The notes beneath the pieces were generated by a model. It worked only from the letters and a program-made list of their open reading frames with translations. It was not told the origin of the DNA and made no database searches. DNA of 64,000 nucleotides, taken from the IMG/VR virus record IMGVR_UViG_3300045988_085140; one strand, 5' to 3'. Positions 17,201 through 29,200 of this stretch are shown in pieces (the stretch's first letter is position 1; each line of letters opens with the position of its first letter). The stretch comes from a virus. The position numbers were made by a program, and so were the translations under genes.

Positions 17201-20200
17201 TGGTAACGTGGTGGAGAATCCTTATTCGCTTGCAGACTTGCAGCAGATGAAAGACTTGGAAGACCAGAAGAGACTGGAAGCTGCCAAGGCTGAGCGTGAG
17301 CAGATGGAGAAAGAACGTGCTGCTCAGCAGAATCAGGAGACTGAGCAGACTCAACCTTCATTTGACTTCAATCAGATTCTCAATGATAATGGTAACGTGG
17401 TGCTCGTTGATGTGCTCGACAAGGATGGTAATACCAAATACCCTGACTCTAGATTATTCCTTATCCGTGATGCTGGTGCTAAAGCTAAGGTAGTTGAGTT
17501 GAAGAGTGATGGTACTCTTGTTCCTCATGCTGTGAACAAAGAAGATGTGGCTACAATCTCTTCTATGTCGCTCGATGAATACAAACAAGCTATGCCTGAA
17601 TCCTCAATGATTGAGGATAATAGTGGAGAGAATAGAGGTGAGATAGAGGTGGAAGCTCCGACAATAGAGGGCGAGGTCGCGGCTCCTGTTAATGAGGTCG
17701 CGGCTCCTGAATCTGCTGAGACTCCTGCAACTGAGCAGACTCCTGCTGCTCCTGCCATTACTCTTGAAGATGGAACCATCGTGCCTATGCTGGAGGATGG
17801 CAATCCTGACTTCTCGAAGCTGACTGCCGCACAGACTGCTGAGCTATATGATAATCAGTTTGGTGAGGATGCAGATAGTATCGTATCTGGATATGTGTCT
17901 GATGCAAAGAAGGCACTCGACAAGGCTAGCAACATGACCGTGAAGGGCAAGACTTTCGTGGAACAGAAGGCTGCTAAGGATGCCAAGGAGAAGGCTATTG
18001 CTGATGCTAAGGCGGCTTATGACTCTGCTATCGCTATCCGTGATGCTTATAATGAGCGACAACTTGCCAAGGTGGAAGATACTGCTGAGGGTAGAAAGGA
18101 ACTCATTGAGAAGGCAAGAAGAAAGTTCGCTCGCTTGAAGAGTGCGGTGAAGGATGATGCTGAGGCGGTGGCTCAAATCTATAAGGAGACGGTTGGAACT
18201 CTGCTGCATCGTCTGTATGATGGTACTGGCATTGACGTGACAGATACGATTCCGCTTACTGCCGAGGAGTATGTGGCTAGTAACCTCGGTGCTCACTCTC
18301 TCAACTATGAGGGAACAGAGACAAGTAAGGGCGTTAAGCAGGAGACTGGATTGAGTAGAGAAGACTTTGCCAAGACTCAGTTGCTCGCTGCTGATGGCAA
18401 TGGAACTACTATTGATGAGCTCGTTCATAGTCTGTGGGAGAATCGTCCATCCAACCTTGAATCACTAGACACTCAGGATATTCGTAATGCTCTTATCAGT
18501 GTACTCAATAGCGGTTTCAAGGCATCGGAAGCAAGGAATTTTGTTGAAAATATTCGCATTGCTCAGGCAGAGAACATACTTGAAGAGCAGAAACGTGCTC
18601 AGGAGAATGCAGCCTATGCTGAGCAGCACAAGGCTGAGCAAGAGGCCGAGTTGAAGGCGAAGTCGGATGAAAAGGCTGAGTTGAAGGCGAAGTCAGAAGC
18701 GAAGTCGGATAATGAATCGGATAATAAATCTGATGATTTGTCTAATGAAACGGATAATGATAAGATAAATGACAATATAAATGATAATATAAATGTTCCT
18801 GAGGATGCTACTGATGAGAATCCTTTAGGCGCAGAGCGTGATGAATCTGACCTTCCTTTCTCTACCAAGGAGAATGGCAAGCAGCAGACAACTGCCGAGC
18901 GTGCTGCTGACGTAGAGAAGAATAAGGTGGATGATATGAAGGTCGTTGACAATATCGTGGGCGAGAAGACTCGCAAGGCTTTCGAGAGACTGGCTAAGAT
19001 GATGGGTGCTAACATTCAATGGCAGTACTCAGACAAGTTGGGTAACGGCTGGATTCAGGAGACTACGGATGCCGATGGCAACGTTCATCGTACAATTTTC
19101 ATCACTCTTGACTCTTCTATCACGGAAGGTGCTCAGTTTATCTTCGGTCACGAAATGACTCACCAAATCAAGAACCTGAACCCTGCTGCATACAATGAGT
19201 TGACTCAGCTTGTGCTTGATACCTATGGCTCTGATGCCTTCGACAAGGCGGTAGATGAGACTATGCAGAGATATTCCGATGCAGGATTCTCTGGACGTGC
19301 TAGAGATTACTATGCTGAGGAGGTTGTTGCTGATGCGGTAGGCGAAATGATTCGTGACCTCAACTTGGCTCATACTCTCGCCATGAAGATGTCTCATCCT
19401 CTGCTCGCTGCTATCCATGAGATATTACAGAAGATTAAGTTGGCATTCTTTGGTACTGAGTATAGCGATGTGACCAAGAACATCATCCGCTCCATTGAAC
19501 AAGCATACGTGAAGACTGCCAATGGTCAGGTGACAAACTCCGAGACTGGCGAAGATGTTTCATTCTCTCTACGTCAAAAGCCTGAACCTAAGAAGAAGGG
19601 TATCGGATATAAGGTATTTGTGCTAAAGGATGGTAAACTCTATCCTCCGATGGTAGCGAACCCTGACGGTGCAGAAACCCCAGTCGGTGTGTGGCTCGAT
19701 GCTGATGCGGCTCCTATTGCTGGAGAAAGCAAGACTGGCAGACCTCAGGTTAAGCAGGGCGGTAAGGGAACACAAGGGGGTAGCGGTAAGCTAGCCTATA
19801 GACCAGGCTGGCATCTTGGTGTCGTGCCTTACGCTATCCAGTTCAATCGCAAGGATGCTGAGGGCAACAAGACTCTCTTCCCAAAGAACTTCGTTTTCGC
19901 TGAGGTGGAGTATGCTGCTGATGTAGATTATCAGGAGGAAGCTCGCCAAGAGGGTATCAATCCATCGGGCAAGTATCAGCATTCATTGGCTGGCTTGAAA
20001 CATCTGCCTACTGATGGATATTATATGTATCGTACCAACCCGAACCCTGAGACTGACCCTTGGGTGATTACTGGTGCGATGAAGGTGAACCGTATCTTGA
20101 CCAGAGCAGAGCAAGCGGAACTTGTGAAGAACGCTGGTCGTGAACCTCAGCAGATTCAGGAGGGCGATATTGTTACTGATGATGTCGTGAACAGCATCAA

Positions 20201-23200
20201 TCAGGAGATAGCTGATGCTCCTAAGTTCTCGTTGAAGGATAATCAGGAGAATCCTCTGAATCAGGATGGTACTTTGAAACTGGATAAGATTAAGTCCGTT
20301 GATGAATTGACGGATGAAGACTTCACTAGTGCCTTTCGTAATGTAGAGCTTCCTGCTATACCAAAGAATGTGGATGCTGCTATAGGGGCAAACGGAAAGC
20401 CTATTGTTATCAAGAAGAATATTTTTGAGAAGAATTGGAATGCTCACAAGTTTACTCCTGCTGAAAGCAAAAAGGTATTGAATGATGCTTTATACAATAC
20501 TGATTTAGTAAGGCACACACAGCCAACAAAGAAGCCTAACCATTGGGTTGCAATCAAGTTGGATGATAAAAGTCCTATCACCGTGTTGGAAGTAAACGAC
20601 AACAAGAATAATGTTGAAGTTGTTGGTTGGTATACACTTGATGAAAGAAATCTTGGGAGAATAAAAAGACAAGCTGAACGAAATGGCGGCGAACTCATTA
20701 TGTTAACTCCTAAAGATGATAAGGTGGAAAGCCTTTCCACTCCTCCGCTCAGCTCTGCTGCAAATATAATCAATTCTTTTGAAACTACCAAGGAAAATGG
20801 CGAAAAAGTTGATGTTGAGGGCACAAAATTCTCATTGAAAGATGAAGAATACCTGAAAGCGGTGGAAGATGGCAATATGGAAAAGGCTCAGAAGATGGTG
20901 AATGAAGCTGCTGATGCTGCTGGCTATTCTACAGATTCCAGCTATCAAGGTACATCTGCCTTCAATGGTGCTGCACCTTGGGGTAATGGTTACTTCTTGA
21001 CAAAGGACGAACGCAAGGAGGCATGGGATAATGGCGAGTTTGAAGGTGAATCAACTCTTGGTGATTATATCAATGATGATATTGATGGCGGCAACTTGGA
21101 GGAGTTGACTAATGCCGCATCTTATCGTGCAGCTGACCCTATGCGTAAGGAGGCTATTGATAACGTTCGTAATGCTATTCAGAAGAAAGCTAAGACTATT
21201 ACAATGTATCGTAGTGTTCCTTCTGATGTGAAGGAAGGTTCTTTCCGAAATGGTGACTGGGTTACTCCAAGTCGTGCTTATGCTGTTGATAATGCAAAAT
21301 TGCATGGATGGGGTGACGATTACAACATCATCGAACAAAAAGTTCCTGTTGATGATGTGTGGTTTGATGGCAACGATATTGCAGAATGGGGCTATGGTCG
21401 TGAGGAAGATTATATCAATGATACAGACTTCGCCTATAAGAACAGCAAGAACAACAAAAAGTTGCTTGATGCCGTTACCTATGATGATAATGGTAATGTG
21501 ATTCCTTTGTCTCAGAGATTCAATGAGAAGAATAAGGATGTGCGTTTCTCTTTGAAGGATGAAAAAACTCTTGCAGGAGTGCATAACATTACTGAGGAGA
21601 AACTGAGAAAGGCTTTGAAGCTGGGTGGCTTTGCCAATCCTTCTTTAGCTGTAATTGATACCAACAAGACTGGTCACGACAACTTTGGAGAGATTTCCTT
21701 CATCGCTCCTTCTGCCCTTTTGGATAAGCGTACTGGCAATACTGGTGGTACATGGATAACTGATGCCTATACTCAGCGTTATCCTTCCGTAGAGCGAGAA
21801 ATGAGCGAAAAGGGGTATCGGAAGTTTGAAGACTGGGTTGATAGCCTTGATTACCCAAGTGGAGCTAAGGCTGAGATTGAGAGACAGGCAAAGGATGCCC
21901 TAAGTGACAATAATGCTCCTGCTTGGGAGTTGATGTACTTGAAGGAAAAGGGTATTGATATTAAGGAGTATGATTCAAGAATTGATTATCGCTGGAAAGA
22001 GATTATCAGTGACCATCCTACTGCCGAGGATATTTTGAATAGTATGAAGACTGACCCTGAACTGAATGAAAAGGTTACAAGTCTGGCTAAGCATGCCATC
22101 ATCCATCCTACTTGGGAAAAGGTTTCTTTGGAGGTGAGAAGAAAGATGTATAAGGAGACTGGCGTTAAGGCTAGCCCTATCAATCCACAAGTAAGAAAAC
22201 AGACTAAGGAAATCTTTGAGCGTGACTATGCGCCAACCTTGCTTAACAAGGACGGCAGTCCAAGAAAAAAAGATGTGAAGAAGGTTGTTGAGGATATTGT
22301 GAAGGAACATAAAGATACCAAGAAGTATGACTTCTATCTGTCTAAGGTGAAGGCTAGTAATTACGTCAACAAGAATGGTCTTTATGATGATTACATCAGA
22401 TGGCAGGAGAACAAACTGGATGAGTTCGGAACGAAGAACCGTATCTTCCGTGGCTATACTAGGGATGGTTCCCGAAAGTATGTGCCTGAGACTCTTGAAA
22501 ATGTTTCAAAGGCTATGAGGGAAGAAGCAGATGGGCAGACCAATGGAAGCGAATATACCTCGTTTGGTAGCTTTATCGCAAAGTTGGCTAGTCGTGTTGA
22601 TTCTACAGACGAAATGCGTGCCAACAAGGATAAGTTGTCTTCTAATAAGGATAAGGAAGAATTTTACGAGAAATGGAGTGATGTTTATTATGACCTTGCC
22701 AAGTTCTTGTATAATGATGTGTTCTATGGTGAGCAGAGACTTCACGATATTGTATTGCAGTCTGACCCTAAGAAGTATGCCAAGAAAGAATATGGCATTA
22801 CCCTTACTCCTACCTTCATGAAGAAACTGGATGCCTTGAAGAATGCAGTACAGACAGAGTTGAAGAGTGCGTACTTTGAGACTAAGTACAACAGACCTCT
22901 CCGTCTAAACGAGTTTGCTGCTGCTGTGGTTCCTGATAACTTGGGCAAAGATGTACGCAAGGGTATAGAGAATGCTGGCTTACCAATGTATGACTACGAC
23001 CCGAATAAGGAAGGTGACCGCAGTCGTGCTTTCAATGAAGCTATCAATAGTAGCGACAATATCCGGTTCTCTCTCGCTGGTGTGCGTGGTGCGGCTGCTG
23101 CTGACAAGGCAGAGGAGCGTAATGCTCGTATGGATAATCTCTCCGTGGCTCGCAAGATGGAAGAAGAGAAGAAAGATGCCAAGGCTATCAAGATGGCTAC

Positions 23201-26200
23201 TGGATGGGAGCGTGGTGCTGATGGCAAGTGGAGATACGAAATGCCTGATGCCAAGATAAAGGACACGATGGACGTAGGCGGTGGACACATCGTTAAGCGT
23301 TACGAGGATGATATGCTCTGGAATGGCGGCAAACTATTTGATGTGATTGATGCACCTGAATTATTTAAGGCTTATCCTCAGTTGAAGGGTGTTCGTATTG
23401 ATACGGATGCCATTATGAACGATATGCCTTCACATGGTGAATATGATTCAAAAACCAACACCATAACCATTCATGCTGATGAGTTGAAATATATGAATGA
23501 CATATTGAATCACGAGATTCAGCATGCTATTCAAGGTATTGAGGGATTTGCCACTGGAGGTAGTCCTACAACTATTAGAGGTGAAGTCAAGAAGAGGTTT
23601 AATGAGGTCACAAAACAGATTAAGCAGCTACGAGCAGAAGGTAAGGAAGATGAGGCGAAGGCTCTCATAGAGAAGAACAGAGGTCTTTATGATGCCTACA
23701 TGAAGAATGATGATTTCAATAGCTACAAGTCACTTGCTGGCGAGGTGGAGGCAAGAAATGTGCAGGAAAGAATGAACATGACTCCTGAGGAGAGAAGAAA
23801 AACTCTCGCTGAATCTACTGAGGACGTGGCTCGTAAAGACCAGATTTTCTTGGGTGTGGGTGATGTGTCCTTCTCCCTCCGTGATATGGCTGACGGAAAG
23901 GAGAGTGGGGCGGCAGATATGGCTGAGGATTTGAAGAGTCTGAACACTCCTGATGAGGTGGATGATGCTATCAAGACTGCTATTGAGGATATGCCGAGCG
24001 GCTGGAAGATGGCTAACAAGAAGATGATTCATATTGCTCAGGCTCTGGGCGAGAATCGCAAGGCAGAGATTGCTGGCGAGGAACCTAAATTCTCCCTGAA
24101 GGATGGCACTCTCATTAAGGCTGGAACATACTTTAGCGGTGGCGGTCTTGTTGAGGAAGGCTTGAAGGGTATCATCGACCCAGTGGTGGCAGTGGAGTAT
24201 GATGAGAAGATAAGCGGCGTATATCGCAACAATTTCGGGCAGCACATCGTTACTGCTGATGTTCGTGATGTTGACCCTAAGGAGTTGGTTAAGCAGATAG
24301 ATGGCGAGGTGGAGTACTTCCATGCCAGCCCAGTCTGCAAGAACTACTCTCAGGCAAAGAGTAACCATGCTGAGGTGGAACTTGACAAGGAGACTGCTGC
24401 TAGTACTGCCGAGTTTATCAATGCTATTAAGCCAAAGGTTGTGACCATTGAGAACGTGAAGGGATATAAGGATTCCGAAGCGATGAAGACTATCACCGAT
24501 GCTCTGGATGCCAACGGCTATACTTGGGATGCAGATGTGTATAATGCTGCTGACTATGGCGGCTACACAAACCGAGAGAGATTGATTGTCCGTGCGGTTC
24601 GTGATGGTAAACTTCCTGCCAAGCCTGAGAAGATGGCACGCAAGAGCGGATGGTATGAAGCTGTGGCTGATATTATCCCGACCTTGACAGAGAAGAAGAA
24701 TGGTGTGGCTCCTTGGATGGATATTCGCTTGAAGGCTGATGGCATTGACTGGAGAAACATTGACAAGCCATTGTATGTGATGGGTAGTGCCTATGCTGAC
24801 GGCAAGGTCCCTCATGCCTTCGCTGATGAACTGCTGCCAACACTCAGAACGAAGAGTGGTGATGTGATTGTGATGCCTGATGGTAAGGTATATCGTGCCA
24901 TGGGAAGAGTGCTCGCAAGAGTATCAGGAGTGAGCGATGATTACAAGATGCCATTCTCCGAGAACCTGAGCCATATCATCATCGGCAACGGAATCCCTAC
25001 CCAGTTGACGGAACATGTGATTGCTCCTCTGCTTACTGGCTCTGACCCTAAGTTTAGCATCCGTACCTATCATGGTACTGGTGCTAGCTTTGACAAGTTC
25101 GATTTCAGCCACATGGGTGAAGGCGAAGGTTCACAAGCATTTGGATGGGGTGGTTATGTTACTAACTCTAAGGATATTGCTGAGGACTACACAAGACGTG
25201 CCAAGATAAGGAAAGATAATGACGGTTTTGAATTTGTGACAGATATGTCTGCCAATAACAAAGATATGGTAAGACAATATATCTATAAATATAAAGATGT
25301 AAACAAGGGATTGGATGCTATGAGAAAAGACCTTTCTTCTGCTCTAGAAATGTTCCCTGATGATGATGATTTAAAGGAACTTAGCAATATTCTTGCAAAG
25401 AAGAATGAGGAAATAGCTGTTCCTGATAATATTGCTTATCTTTATGATGTGGATATTCCTGATGATAATGGAGATTATCTTGACTGGGAGAATAAACTGA
25501 AAAAATCTCATTTGAATAAGGTAAATAAGGAGTTGGTTAGAATAGGCAAGGAGCCTATTGAGACCATTTATCCAAGTCGTGTTGATGGTAAGGTAAGAGG
25601 TCAAGACTTGTATGATGAACTTTCCTCTATGCTTGGTTCTAAAGAAGCAGCTAGTAAGTTGTTAAGTGATGCTGGCTTTGTTGGAATCAAGTACCCTGCT
25701 GGAACCATTTATGGCGGTGCAGAGGAAGGCGATTACAACTATGTGATATTCGATGAGACCAATGCCAATATCGTGGGTAATACCCGATTCTCCTTGCGCT
25801 ATGACCAGTTTGAGCACGACCTGAACCAGTGGAAGAAGGATAATAATCTGCCAAAGGATGCTCAGAGGCCAACCATCCCACAACGCAACGCTGGTGAGAG
25901 TGCCGTTGACTTCCTGAGGAGAGTGGACGAGTACCGCAAACAGATGGCTCTGTGGAAGACTGCTCCAACCTACGAGCAGCATCTTCTAAGTGATGATACT
26001 GCCCTTGGAGAGTTCAACCGAGAGTTGCAGCGTGGTTCTGTTCTGAAACGTATCGCCTTCCAAGATAGTATGCTGGCTATCCGCAAGGCTCAGGAAGCTA
26101 TCATGAAGGAAGTGGGTGTTGACCGTCTGAACATGGCTGAGGATGCCTATACTGCCGAGAACCGCAGTCACGGCAAGGGAAAGAACGAGTTTGAGGAATA

Positions 26201-29200
26201 CAATAATGAGTTCTTGCAGCCATTGAGAAAGGCTTATCATCAGATGAAGAAGATACTGGGTGACAGCTATGATAATGTCCGTATCTACATGATGGCTAAG
26301 CATGGCTTGGAGCGTGATTCTCAGATGGCTTTCAAAAAGTCTCTGGAAGCTGACTATGAGGACGTGGCTCAGAGAAGTGCAGCATATAAGGCTTACAAAG
26401 GCGATATGAACCGTATCATCAATGATAGCGACTTGGAGTTTGGTAGAGTAGACTTCACTACTTGGAGACAGAGAGACAATGCACTCAGGGCGAAATATTC
26501 TCCATCTTATATGAACTATCGCTACGACAAGAATGGTATTGCCTACGATTACTCAGGTTTGTCTGCTCTCTTTGACGGCTCAGACTTTGAGGAAGCTGCC
26601 TACAAACTGGTAAAGGATATTGAGGATAAGTATGTAACCGAGACTCACAACCTCTGGGATGCAACGAATGCGGCTACCAAGAAGATTCTCCGTGATGGCT
26701 ATAAGGCTGGCATGATGAGCAAAGATACTTATCAGTATGTGCGTGATATGTATAGCCATTATATTCCTCTCCGTGGCTGGTATGGCACTACTGCCGACCA
26801 AGTATGGGACTATATTGGTGGTGGAAAGGGTGCGTTCAATCAGACCTTGAAGAAGGCACACGGACGAACCTCTATCGCTGATGACCCTATCGCCTACATC
26901 GAGAATATGGCAGAGAGTGGAATCCTGCTGAACAACAAGAACTGGGTGAAACAACACCTGATGCTCTTGGCTCAGAATCATCCAACTTCCCTGCTGACCC
27001 TGAGCAAGGCTTGGTATGTGAAGAGTACGGATGCCAACGGCAACGAGGAGTGGATTCCTGCTACACCTCAGATTACTTCTCAGATGGATAGCAATCAGGT
27101 GAAGGCTGCCATTGATGCTTTCGAGAAGAAGATGGAGCAGATGGCTCAGGCTGGCGATGCTACTCAGAAGAGAGACGGATTGAACATAGCCTATCCTCAG
27201 ACTCACAGCGAGGAGAGAGAACATGAGGTGCGAGTGATGAAGGATGGCGAGGAATATGTTATCTATGTGAATGGTGACCCTCAGTTGGCTCAGGCGATGA
27301 ATAATACCAGAGCACACCGAGTAAGAGAGATTCAGAGCGGTAAACTTGATAGGGCTGCTGCTTGGTTGGGCAGAAAGATGGCTGCTGCCTATACCAGTCT
27401 TTCACCTCTCTTCATTCCTTCCAACTACTTCCGAGACCTGACCATGACGCTGGCATCTACAGCTATCCGTGAGGATGCAAAGTACAACTATCTGCTCAGA
27501 AAGAATCTGGCTACCTCTTGGAATCTCGGATTCATGCTGAGAGATTTTCAGAACGGAAAGTTGAGAGATAAGGTAAACAACGGAAACGCTACACCAAAGG
27601 AACAGATGTTCTATGACTTCATGATGAATGGTGGTGAAACTGGCTTTGTCTCTTCGCTTGACGTGGAAGACTTGAAGAAGAAATTCAAGAACGACTTGAA
27701 GGATTTGGATAGATGGAAGGCGAACCCAGTAAAGGTAGGACATACCATTATGGATAGCATTGAGTTCCTGAACAGAGCAATTGAGGATAGTAACCGATTT
27801 GCGGTTTACATGACCTCCATTCAATATGGGCGTTCTATTGATGAGGCTGTGAATGATGCCAAGAATGTAACATTGAACTTCAACCGCAAGGGTACTGGCG
27901 AATATGGCTGGCAGATGATTAGAAACCTCTATCTCTTCATCAACCCAGCAGTACAGAGTTTGCAGACTTTGGGTGCGCTTGCTAAGCATCATCCATTCAA
28001 GTTCACGGCTGTTACTGCATCGTGGTTGGCGAGTGGTGTACTGGTTCCTATCGTTAACGCTGCCCTGATGAGTATGTTGGGTGGTGATGATGATAAGGAT
28101 AAGTACTGGCAGTTCACCAAGTGGGATAGAAGAAACAACCTGATTATGTGGGTTCCGTTTACTCATGAGTATGTGAAGATTCCGCTTGCTCAGGAGTTCC
28201 GTGCCTTCTATGGAATAGGCGATATGATTGCATCTAAGATGATGGGTGGCGAGTTGGCTGAGGAAAGTTGGAGCCAGTATGCAGAAGATTTGCTCGGTCA
28301 GGTAGTGGATATGCTTCCGCTTGACCCTACTGGCTATGATGGCAATATTGCTGTCAGTCTGATGCCGAATGCTATTCGACCAGTCTTTGAGTTGGCTTTC
28401 AATGTTGACTTCACTGGCAAGCCATTATTCAAGGACACAGAGTACAACAAGTATGACCCTAACTTTACCAAGGCATACGTGGGCACTCCTGATTGGTTGG
28501 TTCGTGCATCAAGGATGGTTAACTCAATCGGAAACGACTATCCAGATGTGCAGCAGAACAGCATTGATGCTTTCGGTGACCCAAGATACAATCTGAATAA
28601 CCCTGCTGTGGTTGACCATGTATTGTCTTCTTATCTCGGTGGTGCTTACACCATGGGCAGTCAGGTGCTCGGTTTGCTTACCAAGTCGCTCAATGACCCG
28701 AAGGAAATTAAGGTGGCTGATATTCCATTATTCAGTAAGTTCGTCAGCAATCCTGATGATAGACCGGTTACTAAGAAACAAGGTGATGAGTTCTGGAATA
28801 TGAAGGAGAACCACGACCGTGCAGCCAATACCCTGAGCAAGTTGAAGAAACAAGCTAAGGTGGATGGCGATTACTCAATGCTGGAGCGGTTCTACGGCTC
28901 AGAGGAGTATAAGAAGTACAAGCAGGATGATGTGAAGGTGAAGAAGTATGAGGAAGACAAGAAGAAGGAACGTGCTGAGGAGAGTGGGGAGGAGTATAGA
29001 CCTCACAAGTTGAATGCCGAGGATATATACAAGGCTCATGCTACTCCGAAGGATGATTTCGAGGACTTGAAGCTGAAACAACTCTACACCAAACTGAACG
29101 GATTCAAGACTTCCTATGACCTCTTGGTTGATACGGCTCCTAGTCAGAGCGATGGCTACTACAACAACAACAAGGCTGCCATTGATGCCATTGACGAGAT

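Noticed and set aside
14514-28166. Long antisense or alternative-frame ORFs inside the giant gene, for example 14514..16550 (-, 678 aa), 23730..24815 (-, 361 aa), 26580..27317 (-) and 27402..28166 (-)
   Set aside because: They lie wholly within the 15-kb sense ORF and have low-complexity, Ser/Leu/Ile-rich, Cys/His-studded translations typical of shadow frames. They have no independent starts or promoters. The sense frame carries recognisable enzyme motifs.
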